This document shows, piece after piece, positions 35,901 through 44,366 of a DNA stretch of 64,000 bases. This DNA is from a virus. Within the stretch, counting starts at the first letter, position 1. Each line of letters starts with the position of its first letter. A program made the translations under genes and the position numbers. Location of the stretch: positions 1 to 64,000 of IMG/VR virus record IMGVR_UViG_3300006175_000009. One strand, written 5' to 3'. The notes beneath the pieces are model-generated. The model worked only from the letters and a program-made list of their open reading frames with translations, made no database searches and was not told the DNA's origin.

Positions 35901-36245
35901 GTTTCGGACGCCCACCATGGCAGCCTCTAGCTGGGAGGCGTCACCAGCCATGAGGGCAGCATTAAGACGCGCCTGAGCATCTGCCAGAGCACTGGTGGTC
36001 AGTGCCGCATTCTCCTGGGCACGAGTCAGGTTTTCTTCAACGGCTGACATCTTGACAGCGTCGATCTCCCCGCGAGCGTAGGCCGCGTTGAGGCGGTCCA
36101 TGGCTGCTGTTGAGGAGTCCGACGCTGCGTTGATGGTCGAACCGAGGTTACGGAAGACGTCAGCAACACTCTTGAGGACGTTGGTTGCCTGGTCCTGAGC
36201 TTCAACGACGGCAAGAAGTGTCATCACTTCGGCTGTGGAAGGCAT
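32925..36245 (-). CDS. tape measure protein
   Basis: 1106 aa Ala-rich helical, TP901-like core, W-spaced repeats, LGISSPSR. Confidence 0.93.
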   Translation of the reverse strand: MPSTAEVMTLLAVVEAQDQATNVLKSVADVFRNLGSTINAASDSSTAAMDRLNAAYARGEIDAVKMSAVEENLTRAQENAALTTSALADAQARLNAALMAGDASQLEAAMVGVRNAETAAAVSARELEGAQRNLADANLVVANAGTVVKDGIMAAGKAATLASAGILVAAGASVKLAGDFQASTTTLVTGAGVSADRIDEVRKYLLDLSVQAGVSTKELSDGFFQVNSRTGDVTKSMEIMTSASEMAQVHHADLATTVKSVADAMNSYGEKAGSAAQVSNILGQAVEVGGMSMQDLGNSLSSVLPFASSAGVSLSEVAAALGVMTKQGMSAQQASQELAHTIQKLQAPTDTMRNAWNQAGITAQQMTDTLHGPGGLAAALDLATQAALKIAPGGEDAAKAFKQSADAGSALNSMLQSMSPNLQALSQKFLDGNLGAKEYTKAVKEMGAQGAGQGAQFLSLAEKANGFNDALKSGKPGFADFDAALKATTGDQNTMQAALMLTGSHLADFKSKTDEISGAAGTANGKIQGWNQTQETLNFKMKQAKEAFAAAGIVLGTTLLPIVTKIVQAILPWVEKLATLIQHHQTLVKLLVGAAAAVVTMVAGFKALMVVAETVKALSAAFGVLSAAMGLFTTAEEAGTAGMVAFDAAADANPLGAIVLAIELVIAALVALGVGVVYAYNHFKWFHDFVNTVWNGLKEGAMATWHGLEAAFHAIAAAAVWVYDNGILPMWHGIETAYEAVKSATLAVWHALETAWNAVVSAVMGAAQAIWSGIVSVFDAIKGFFEKWWPLLLVIFAFPIAVLVSIWNHFHETITSVAKTVWNAIKDFFVMIWDGLKEGAQAAWNLIKEYIVNPIKSAWNVLVSIGNAIGSTLSSAWNYVASAASSAWNSVKGYIINPFREAYNELASLMGSIGNAISGGFNSILSFLSGIGSWFMSVGSNIVHGIISGVENAGGALLSKLKDLAHSALDAAKSFLGISSPSRLFASEVGKWIPHGVAQGVVAHTSEAVNAVADMAGKLPQAIGVKGAVNIGVNGLNAAGTVMATGLGLTSGGMTAGAAGGGDVHVHVDLGNAVIAGQQGMQDLVRRIGEQVAVKTLPQAGVRIHY

Positions 36246-36266
36246 TGCTATCCTCGCAAAGAGTTG

Positions 36267-36867
36267 CTAGACTCGGTGTTGTCCCTGAGGGGCGGGACGG
36301 GACTGGCGTTCGCGCTGAGCCTGCTCTTCCCTCTGGATGAGTTCGATGAAGAACATGTAGTCCTTGATCTCCTGCGCTGGTCGTTCCATCAGATCTTCGC
36401 GCCTGAGGCCAAGGCGCTTGAACATCTCAGCCTCAAGCAGGAAGGTTGCCAGAGAGGGAACGTTATGCCGAGTCCCCATCCGAATTGCCGCTGAGGCTTC
36501 CGACGCGAAAGGTGGCCTGCTCCTCCGGAGTGCGCTTGCCGTTGTCCTGGTTGATGGAGTTGAAGATCGTGTTGAACACCGAGATCGGAAGGCGAGCAAC
36601 CGACTGAGCATTGATGGGCCAGATGTGACCGTTCTCGTCGTCCAGGTTCCAGTCGTCAATGGCAGCGAGGACCAGTTCCTTGCGGTACTTCGCAATGTCT
36701 GGCTCGGAGACCAGCTCACCACTCACACTCTTGGTCTTCAGAAGGCAGGCTTCGGCCTTCTCCTGGGCACCCTGAGTCAGGTACTTCTTGATATCAACCC
36801 AGTACTTGCCTTCCGGGTCGCCGACCTGAACGCGAGTAGTGCCTGTGTAGGCGGAGAGAAATCCCAT
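36267..36867 (-). CDS. tail assembly chaperone pair (G: 36463-36867; GT by +1 frameshift to stop at 36267)
   Basis: Two overlapping ORFs between major tail and tape measure; ACC-TTT-CGC at 36505-36513. Confidence 0.75.
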
Positions 36868-36933
36868 GATCGCACCTTAGGGTAGAGAGATTGAGCGGTG
36901 GCGGGCCAATCCGAAGATCAGCCCGCCTCCATG

Positions 36934-38592
36934 TTACAGCGAGAGGTACTGCGAGTTCGAGATGATCGCCGTGATGGTGTTCAGGTAGTTGCCTGCCACC
37001 GGCTTGGTTGCCTCGAACGAGAGGGAAGACAGGACCACGTCTTCCATCTTAATGTCGTTGCCGTACTTGGACAGAACGACCTGCGGAAGGAAGATCGTCA
37101 CGGTTCCGCCATTGGACGGGTGAGTGAACGACAGGGTGAGCTGGCCCAGGGTGCCGTTCTGCATGTTGACGAAGTCGCCGTAGACCGGGTCGTTCAGGCT
37201 CGACCACACGACCTCGAAGGTACCGGACACATGCAGAGTCACCGGAGTGATGAAGCTCGGGCCGTGGTTGTTCGAGTAGGTGTAGGTGGTCTTCAGTCCG
37301 TTGTCGATGGTGACGTTGACGTTGCGGACTTCAGTGCGAGCGTTGTTGAACAGGGTCAGGTTCGCCTCAGCGAAGACGAACGGGTTCTCGTTGGTAACGG
37401 AAACCGCTGTCGGGGTTGAGAGGATCTGGACCGAGCGACCAGTCATGTCGGCTGTAATGTCGATCGGGTTGTTACCGACCGGAGCCTTCAGGTCGAGCTT
37501 ACCGATCTTGCAACCGGCGAACTGGAGCGACTGGAACCCACCGATGTTCTTCTCAACCGTGAAAGACGACAGGGACTGTGCATCCTGAATGGTGTGAGTG
37601 AACGGGGTGGAGACGACCGTAACGACCGCTCCAGAGGCGTGAGCGTAGGTCAGAGGCTGGTCCAGGGTCACGGTGGTGGTGACCACGTTGGTGACCTTGC
37701 GAACCTCGCTGGTGAACCCTCCAGTGACGCTGTTGACGTCGATCTGGATGATGGTTCCCTGGGTGATGCCGGTTGCAGAGGTCACGGTGACCGTGGTTGC
37801 AGTGGCGATCGACGGGGCAGACAGGGTGGTGGTGTTCGCTGTGACTGCCGGGACCAGAGTGTTGTGAGCCAGGAAGAAGCCCTGGTCAACGGTGATCACA
37901 TTGACAGCCACGTTGGTGATGCGGCGAGTTTCGGCGAGAGCGCCCACGTCAACCGTGATGAACTGGCCAACGGCGAAACCGGTGGCGGAGGTCAGGGTGA
38001 CGGTGGTTGCGCCAGCAGTGGTGGAACCGTTGACAGTGGTCGAGGTCAGACCGTTGGTGGTGACGGCCACGCCTGAGATGTGGTTCTGGCTGAAGGCCGA
38101 GTCCACGGTGATGTTCAGACCGGAGATGGACGCGATGCGCTTGGTCTCCGCGTTGATGCCAGAGTCCACAGTGATGGTCTGGCCGACTGCGAACCCGGTG
38201 GCGGAGGTGACAGCCACGACGGTAGCAGGGGTGACGATCGCTGCTGTGGTGGTGGTGCTGACGGCCGCTGTGACGAACGGCGTGCCGGTGACACCCAGAC
38301 CAATCTGAGCGTCGAACCCGATGGCTCCAGTGAGGAACTGGATACCGTTGGTTGGGAAGAGTGGACCGTTGATCGCACCGACGAACTTGGCCTCACCGTA
38401 CAGGTTGTAGATCTGTAGGGCGCGGTTGTTCTGCATGACGTGCGGCGAGAACCAACCTGGATCGAAGTCCATGGAGTTGGACAGCATCGGCAGGAAGGAC
38501 GTTGCGGTCACCGGAGTGCCAGGAGTGGTCTCCTTGGCTAGACCGGTAGCAGAGAGCGAACCATAGCGCTCTGTGACCGTTGGGAATGCCAT
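36934..38592 (-). CDS. major tail (tube) protein with three internal ~70-aa repeats
   Basis: GLAKETTPGTPV N-terminus, SFTVEK..G, GCKI..L; repeats VTSATG..VGQ.I.VD. Confidence 0.8.
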   Translation of the reverse strand: MAFPTVTERYGSLSATGLAKETTPGTPVTATSFLPMLSNSMDFDPGWFSPHVMQNNRALQIYNLYGEAKFVGAINGPLFPTNGIQFLTGAIGFDAQIGLGVTGTPFVTAAVSTTTTAAIVTPATVVAVTSATGFAVGQTITVDSGINAETKRIASISGLNITVDSAFSQNHISGVAVTTNGLTSTTVNGSTTAGATTVTLTSATGFAVGQFITVDVGALAETRRITNVAVNVITVDQGFFLAHNTLVPAVTANTTTLSAPSIATATTVTVTSATGITQGTIIQIDVNSVTGGFTSEVRKVTNVVTTTVTLDQPLTYAHASGAVVTVVSTPFTHTIQDAQSLSSFTVEKNIGGFQSLQFAGCKIGKLDLKAPVGNNPIDITADMTGRSVQILSTPTAVSVTNENPFVFAEANLTLFNNARTEVRNVNVTIDNGLKTTYTYSNNHGPSFITPVTLHVSGTFEVVWSSLNDPVYGDFVNMQNGTLGQLTLSFTHPSNGGTVTIFLPQVVLSKYGNDIKMEDVVLSSLSFEATKPVAGNYLNTITAIISNSQYLSL

Positions 38593-38602
38593 TCAAGGCT
38601 CC

Positions 38603-38845
38603 TTAGCTTACTGGTGTGGCCTGGTCAGAAGTGGTGTCCTTCTTGGCCTTGGATGGCGTAGAAGGCGGAGCAACAACAGGCTCCGGCTCCGGGGCGGGAT
38701 CTGGTGCTAGGGAAATGTCGCCGCGAGAGAGATAAGCCTCTGCCTGGTCGTCAGGAACCGAGAATGCGTCTCCCGGATGAACCTCTAGATTGAGACTCAT
38801 GAAGGCGATCGAGGTGTTGCCGTCGTAGACGAGTCGTGTCGTCAC
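38603..38845 (-). CDS. small virion-associated protein
   Basis: V.PGD.F.VPD..A pattern, Pro-rich tail. Confidence 0.55.
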   Translation of the reverse strand: MTTRLVYDGNTSIAFMSLNLEVHPGDAFSVPDDQAEAYLSRGDISLAPDPAPEPEPVVAPPSTPSKAKKDTTSDQATPVS

Positions 38846-39291
38846 TACTCTTCTACCTCCTTAGAGATGTTCGCTGCCAGCCTCTCCATGATCCACGGCC
38901 TGAGAGTCTGAAGGGCCTTGCGTGGAAATGGATTCGGACGAGTGCCCGGATGGTTTACCGAGCGTGCGAATACATCTCGTCCACCTTCCATCCAGTGTAG
39001 TGCGCGTGCGTTCCTAGGTTCAATACGGTGCGCCCTCGAACCATCGGTTACCACACGAGCATAGGGAGCATCTGAGAGGTATCGGAGCTGAAGTCCTGCT
39101 CCCTGCCCACGCTGCTCATATCGAATGGAAGAGCGCAGGCGTCCTCCGCCTTCCTTGGGAGAAAGGGGCGCTCGCCTGCGGATTTCCGTGGCAATGACGG
39201 GGCCGATCTCGGCAGCCCAGGTGTTCAGGGCGACTTCGAGTTCTCCGCCTGTGAGCTTGTTCTTCGTCTTGACGGTCATCGTGAACGTCAT
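38845..39291 (-). CDS. HK97 gp10-like tail completion protein
   Basis: AP...G.LRSSI, APYA..V..G, V.HPGT.PNPF. Confidence 0.75.
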   Translation of the reverse strand: MTFTMTVKTKNKLTGGELEVALNTWAAEIGPVIATEIRRRAPLSPKEGGGRLRSSIRYEQRGQGAGLQLRYLSDAPYARVVTDGSRAHRIEPRNARALHWMEGGRDVFARSVNHPGTRPNPFPRKALQTLRPWIMERLAANISKEVEE

Positions 39292-39797
39292 TACGCCTGC
39301 ACCACCTCGTAGACGTTCATGCCGATTCGAGCTGAGTAGTACAGCATTCGAAGGGTATTCGGAGTGCGCTCCGGAAGCATTTCCAGATCCCACTCTTCAC
39401 CGACAGCCTGAATCTGAGAGACGACTCCGGTGAGCGGATCGGTGATGAACGTCGGCATGGGAACGGTCCACAGCTTCGCCAGAACGGCATCCACAATAGC
39501 CGGGAACTCCTGATCGGCCGTAACCGAATCGGGCGTAGTTTCGTACGCCAGGTAGATATCCACAGTCCAGTCGAGGTGCTTGAAGCCTGACTTTCCAGTT
39601 CCGATTCCCGCTGTTGTTCGAGGAGCCGTCTGACGACGACCGCGACAACGCCCGCCCCAGACGTAAGCCTTTGGTCGATCAAGATCTTCGACGGTTGGAG
39701 GGGTGATGTATGCCTCCAGTGGTCGAGTCCCGCCAATGGGGACTTCGAGTCCGTCAATCTGGTTGGCGATGAACTGCTGAACGCTGTTCAGTGGCAT
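39291..39797 (-). CDS. putative tail terminator / head-tail protein
   Basis: Position and size. Confidence 0.55.
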   Translation of the reverse strand: MPLNSVQQFIANQIDGLEVPIGGTRPLEAYITPPTVEDLDRPKAYVWGGRCRGRRQTAPRTTAGIGTGKSGFKHLDWTVDIYLAYETTPDSVTADQEFPAIVDAVLAKLWTVPMPTFITDPLTGVVSQIQAVGEEWDLEMLPERTPNTLRMLYYSARIGMNVYEVVQA

Positions 39798-39869
39798 AGA
39801 GCAACCCTCCTCTCACATACTGTCGTGCCAATAGTACACGAGGGGAGGGTTGTCAAGGAAGAACAACTC

Positions 39870-40172
39870 CTACCACTGGTGGTGAGGTGCGTTGACCGCG
39901 TGAACGGACGAGCCTCCCATAGTGCTACGGCGCTGACCTGGGGCGTTTACGCTGCGTAGACCGGAGATGTGCGCTCCGGCATCCTCGCGACGCTTCTTGC
40001 CTGTCGCGGAAGGGGCGTTGACAGTCTTCAGGCGGGTGGCATGAGTTCCTAGACGCTTGGTGGTCACAAGAGTTCCAGCAGCTCGACGTGAGGCCGCTAC
40101 CGCTCTCCGGGGACCGCCGTTGTGCTTAGCTGTCGCCACAGCTCGACGGTTTGTTGCCTTGGTCATGTACAT
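39870..40172 (-). CDS. small highly basic protein
   Basis: K/R/A/T-rich with three VNAP repeats; GGAG RBS. Confidence 0.55.
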   Translation of the reverse strand: MYMTKATNRRAVATAKHNGGPRRAVAASRRAAGTLVTTKRLGTHATRLKTVNAPSATGKKRREDAGAHISGLRSVNAPGQRRSTMGGSSVHAVNAPHHQW

Positions 40173-40177
40173 GACTC

Positions 40178-41119
40178 CTAGATGACGCGCTTGTACGGAG
40201 CGAGAAGAAGATCCGCTTCGAGCAGGAGATCGTGAATGCCCTTACCTCCAGAGGTCATGGAACCCGGGATGTTCTGGATCGAGACGGACGTGATGCCCGC
40301 TTCGAGAGCCTGAGCAGTGGCGTACAGCATGGTGGCCCAGATGATGGAACCCGGAAGCGTTGAGGCCACAGTACCACTCACGTGGTTGAACGCAAGGGGT
40401 GCAGAGAGAGTGAGTGTGCCGGGACCTGACGGGACGGTTCCGATGTTGTTCGGCAGGGCCAAAGGGGTGGTCGCAGTGACGGAGGTGACCGTGAATGATT
40501 CGCGGTTGTCTGAGTCGTAGAGAGTGCCGACAGCTCCAAGCCAACCCGTAACGTCGTCCACGTGGAGCACACTGTCCCCAATGGATGCAGCCTGAGTCAG
40601 CGAGGTGTGGGGCCATCCGTTCTCGTACGAGATCAGGTACCGGAAGCCATCACGGCCCTGATACCAGCCACCATAACCGGGGGCCACCATGATTGTCTGG
40701 CCACCATCGGCGGAACCTGTCGGGGCAGAGGACTGATAGAGGCCAAGCACTGGGTGGTCAATATCGTACATCCCGGCTGGAATGGTCTTCCACTGTCGGG
40801 GAAAGACGGCATTCGCTGAAACCTGAATGGCCAGAATGCTCGTGACGGGCCAGCGGTTCAGAATGATGCGGGTGTTGCCCGTTCCGTTTTCCATCTGAAC
40901 TCGGTAGCTGCCTGGGCCGGAAAGCTGCTCATTGTCCACGGTGCAGCGTGCAACCTGGTTCAGATACCCATCGACAATCGCTGTCGCACGAGTACAGATG
41001 TTGGTCTGCTCGGAAAGCTGCTGAGCAGTGGTCGCCTTGGGGAAAGGAATGATCGACCACGAAACGCCAGTGGGCGCGTTGATCAGCATGTTTGGCGTCA
41101 CGTATGGAGTGAGGGCCAA
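40178..41119 (-). CDS. head-tail adaptor
   Basis: PYVTP N-terminus, AT..VD.Y, Y..GW, LLAPYKR C-terminus. Confidence 0.7.
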   Translation of the reverse strand: MALTPYVTPNMLINAPTGVSWSIIPFPKATTAQQLSEQTNICTRATAIVDGYLNQVARCTVDNEQLSGPGSYRVQMENGTGNTRIILNRWPVTSILAIQVSANAVFPRQWKTIPAGMYDIDHPVLGLYQSSAPTGSADGGQTIMVAPGYGGWYQGRDGFRYLISYENGWPHTSLTQAASIGDSVLHVDDVTGWLGAVGTLYDSDNRESFTVTSVTATTPLALPNNIGTVPSGPGTLTLSAPLAFNHVSGTVASTLPGSIIWATMLYATAQALEAGITSVSIQNIPGSMTSGGKGIHDLLLEADLLLAPYKRVI

Positions 41120-41204
41120 GGCTAGCGCTCCTTCTGGCTAAATGAAAGTAGACCTCCCACCGATCATCTCACAGAGAAAGGCAGGAGGTCTACTGACGAT
41201 GGTC

Positions 41205-41801
41205 TTACTCGCCCTGTAGGCGGCTGATCAGAGTGGCCTTGGAGATGTTGCCCTTGGCGGGTACTCCACGCTCCTCTGCGAGGGCCTTGAGCTGCTGGAG
41301 AGTCATGTCCTCAAGGGGAAGATGCCCGAAGCCTCCAGCCTCTTCCGGAATGACAACGTCAGCTCGCAGGCCACATTCACCGCAGAACTTGGCGTCGTCC
41401 TTCATGGCCTCACCACAGCCCGTGCAAGTACGGGTGCTGGCCTTCTTCTGAGTGTGCTCAGGATTGGCGAACATCTGGGCTAGCTGAGCGATAGCCGCAG
41501 GAAGGTCACCGAGCGAACCAAGCTTGGCCAGGGCTTCGGCGGTCTGGTTCTGCTGATCCTGACGGCCCTTCACTTCCTGGTCCTCGCGGTACGCCTTCTC
41601 GTCGGGGGTCTCCGGAATTCCAGAGATCGTGCGAGACCAGTGGGGGTCCTCAATGAGGTGTGTCTCGCAGTTGTCGCACTCCAGAGTCCAGAGCTTGACA
41701 GGTGCTCCCTTGTCTACGGGTCGGCTGTGAGTGTTTCCACAACCTCCGTGCGCAGGGGAAATGGACACGGCCGAAACGTCGGACCGCGCGTGCATTGCCA
41801 T
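41205..41801 (-). CDS. zinc-ribbon protein with C-terminal Rho-N/HeH-like motif
   Basis: CTGCG....AKFCGECG; MTLQQLKALAEERGV...KATLI. Confidence 0.6.
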   Translation of the reverse strand: MAMHARSDVSAVSISPAHGGCGNTHSRPVDKGAPVKLWTLECDNCETHLIEDPHWSRTISGIPETPDEKAYREDQEVKGRQDQQNQTAEALAKLGSLGDLPAAIAQLAQMFANPEHTQKKASTRTCTGCGEAMKDDAKFCGECGLRADVVIPEEAGGFGHLPLEDMTLQQLKALAEERGVPAKGNISKATLISRLQGE

Positions 41802-41813
41802 GGAGGAACTTCC

Positions 41814-42131
41814 TTAGTTGGGAGCTGAAGTGGTAGCCGAGATGATTGCGGTACCACCGATTCCTGTTCCGTACAGAGTCTGAGCCACTGCACCGAGGGG
41901 AACGTTGATGGTGATGCTCTGACCAGCGTTGACGATGGCTCCATTTCCCGTCGCCAGGGAAGCCTGGTTGGGGCCGTAGGACACCGCAGCGCCAGACGTG
42001 TAGGCGTTCAGAATGACCTGTACGGGGCCCGCTGGAACGTCAATGATCTTGGTGGCATTCACGCCAGCGGGGGTAAGCGAACTTGCCGCTCCACCACTGT
42101 TCAGGAATACCTGTTCTACTCGGATCGTCAT
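41814..42131 (-). CDS. small beta-rich virion protein
   Basis: Similar to 43649 and 43939 proteins. Confidence 0.55.
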   Translation of the reverse strand: MTIRVEQVFLNSGGAASSLTPAGVNATKIIDVPAGPVQVILNAYTSGAAVSYGPNQASLATGNGAIVNAGQSITINVPLGAVAQTLYGTGIGGTAIISATTSAPN

Positions 42132-42454
42132 TAGGGAACGTACTCCTCTAGGGTCGCTTCACGAACAGCTTCACGATCCTCCGGAACCGTTTCCCCACCG
42201 CACTTGCTGCATGTCTTGTTCCATGCGTTCCAGAGACGGTTGCAGGGTGGACACCAGCGACCATTCGACGTGCCGAAGCTTGTTGACTGCTTGGCGGAAA
42301 TGAAGCCCTGCTTCGCGTACTCACCCTTGTTGATGTGAGCGGCGTGCTTGTCGGAGACCTCTACCGATCCACCGGACTTCTTGGCGGTATACTTCGTTCC
42401 GTCTCGGGCTTCGAAGCCATAGCAGCCAGGAGGTAGGTTCACCTTCACACCCAT
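42131..42454 (-). CDS. zinc-ribbon protein
   Basis: CPPC...CSKCG. Confidence 0.55.
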   Translation of the reverse strand: MGVKVNLPPGCYGFEARDGTKYTAKKSGGSVEVSDKHAAHINKGEYAKQGFISAKQSTSFGTSNGRWCPPCNRLWNAWNKTCSKCGGETVPEDREAVREATLEEYVP

Positions 42455-42502
42455 AGCGCACCTCTATTCGTAGACTTACCTCCTGGCAGTATAGCGCAAG
42501 GG

Positions 42503-43123
42503 CTAGAACTCAAGCCAGGTGAGACTGATGTTCCATCGCTGGGCAATGTCGCCAGCCAGGGTACGCATGACAAAGCCCTCACCCGGCAGAATTTCGGCCA
42601 GGGCGGCTGAAGAAGCAGGAGTGAAGGCTGCGGACGCGGAGCCACCGCCACCAGTAGCGAAAGGTGGGGTTGACGGAGCGACGGGAATCCCGGTTCCCAG
42701 AAGCGTGACGGTCGGGTTGTTGATCCGAACCTCTGCCACGGTGTCCGGTTCAAGGGTGATGTACTTGGTGACCGAACTGAAGGGAATCAGCGTTCCACCG
42801 GAAGCTGCCGTTGTTCGGTAGCCCGCCATCGAGTTCGGTGAACCCGTGTTGGTGGTCGCGTAGGACTCAATGGCCAGAGACAGCAGGGACATTTGCCGAA
42901 TGCTGCCAACAGGGTTGAAGACGCTGATGAAGTTGTTGGTTGCGACTACACCAGGGACGTCGATGATGGTGAAGTTGTAGACCGAACCTGCTGGGAAGTA
43001 GTTCGGAACGTCACCATGCGTGTCTGTTAATGCAAAGACGCTGGTATGCGAACCGGGCTGGAGCTGTAGCGATACATTTCCAGACCCGTTCGCTGTGACC
43101 AGGCTCGGGTTACGAGCCATCAA
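42503..43123 (-). CDS. virion structural protein (hypothetical)
   Basis: Beta-rich ORF in head module. Confidence 0.55.
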   Translation of the reverse strand: MMARNPSLVTANGSGNVSLQLQPGSHTSVFALTDTHGDVPNYFPAGSVYNFTIIDVPGVVATNNFISVFNPVGSIRQMSLLSLAIESYATTNTGSPNSMAGYRTTAASGGTLIPFSSVTKYITLEPDTVAEVRINNPTVTLLGTGIPVAPSTPPFATGGGGSASAAFTPASSAALAEILPGEGFVMRTLAGDIAQRWNISLTWLEF

Positions 43124-43132
43124 GGACCACCC

Positions 43133-43639
43133 TTAGGAGGCGACTACCACATAACTGATGAGGTAGGTGTGAGCAGCAGTCAGAGCTGGCGCAGCAATAC
43201 TGAAGCCAGTGGTCGAGAAGGTGCCCGCACCGCACGCTGTGGTCAGGATGGGTGAACCTGTGGTGTCGGTCAGGGTGGCCACGACAGCAACCGGAGCGGC
43301 AGCCAGAGCGGTTCCGAACGTGATGGTGGCAACCACACCGGCAGCAGGAGTACCCGCAGTGGTCAGGACGAAGGAGCCTCCGAGATCGTGACCCTTGAAG
43401 CTACCGACAGAGGAACCGACACCGGCACCAGCGGTGACAGCAGCAGGAGTGGGAGCGGGGCCAGTTCCATTGAGGGTCTGACCCGTCAGAGCACCAGTTG
43501 TGGCAACGGCACCTGTCGAGGTGAACGTTCCCTGAACGGTGACAGGAGCTGAACTGGTGAAAGTAACCGGTCCGTCGAAGGTGGTGGCACTCTCAACAAG
43601 AGCGGTGCCGGGTGGCTGAAGAGTTCCCGCCAGAGACAA
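43133..43639 (-). CDS. virion structural protein (T/A/G-rich)
   Basis: Composition and position. Confidence 0.55.
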   Translation of the reverse strand: MSLAGTLQPPGTALVESATTFDGPVTFTSSAPVTVQGTFTSTGAVATTGALTGQTLNGTGPAPTPAAVTAGAGVGSSVGSFKGHDLGGSFVLTTAGTPAAGVVATITFGTALAAAPVAVVATLTDTTGSPILTTACGAGTFSTTGFSIAAPALTAAHTYLISYVVVAS

Positions 43640-43648
43640 GGGATTCTC

Positions 43649-43918
43649 CTAGAAGACAGATGGAACGACGCTGAGGAATGGGGCACCAGTTCCGACAGCC
43701 CCGACCCCATAAATGGCAAATGGCACGCGGTTGAGAGTTACCTTGTCCCCCGGAAGAATGGGCAGCCCAACGGATGAGGTGACTCCGGTCTGTCCGATGT
43801 AGGCAATGTCCTTGCCCTCATTGAAAATCGTCACAGAGTCTCGTACGCCGATGGGCTGGTAAACCAGAGTGGCAGAGGTGCCCAGCTGAGTGGGCTTCTT
43901 TTCCCCGACTGCTGACAC
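43649..43918 (-). CDS. putative capsid decoration protein
   Basis: GTG start; VTIFNEG...YIG...VT...GLPI.PG. Confidence 0.55.
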   Translation of the reverse strand: MSAVGEKKPTQLGTSATLVYQPIGVRDSVTIFNEGKDIAYIGQTGVTSSVGLPILPGDKVTLNRVPFAIYGVGAVGTGAPFLSVVPSVF

Positions 43919-43938
43919 GCGGCTGGGCACCTTTCCTG

Positions 43939-44262
43939 CTAGTCTACGATGTTGACGGTCGCTAGACCGGACACGACGGTGGCAGTACCGGACGCTGTGA
44001 TGGCGTAGATGGCGGTACCACCCGAACCGGCTGGGGTTGAAGATCCCTCGAAGGTGACCTGAACACCAGAAGCCAGCGGGAGACCAGTCGCGGTGGTCAC
44101 GGTCGAACCACCCAGGTAGACGGTCACCGAACCAGCGTTCTCGATGGTGACGTCCTTGAGCGGACCGGCGAGAGTTGAGAAGGGAGCAGCGTTCGGGTTG
44201 AAGACTGCGGTAGCAGAGTTGCCGACCGAAGTGGTCTGCACATTGTTGCCAAAGATGGCCAC
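43939..44262 (-). CDS. putative capsid decoration protein
   Basis: GTG start after GGAG; VTIENAG..VYLGG..VT..GLPL. Confidence 0.55.
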   Translation of the reverse strand: MAIFGNNVQTTSVGNSATAVFNPNAAPFSTLAGPLKDVTIENAGSVTVYLGGSTVTTATGLPLASGVQVTFEGSSTPAGSGGTAIYAITASGTATVVSGLATVNIVD

Positions 44263-44366
44263 CAGGGTTCTCCTGTTCGTGGAAAGAGCCGGGGTGATTG
44301 GGTGCGACAACCACCCCGGCAGCTTGTGTTAGGCTCAGCCAGAAAGGGCCCGAAGGCCCTCGCTGG

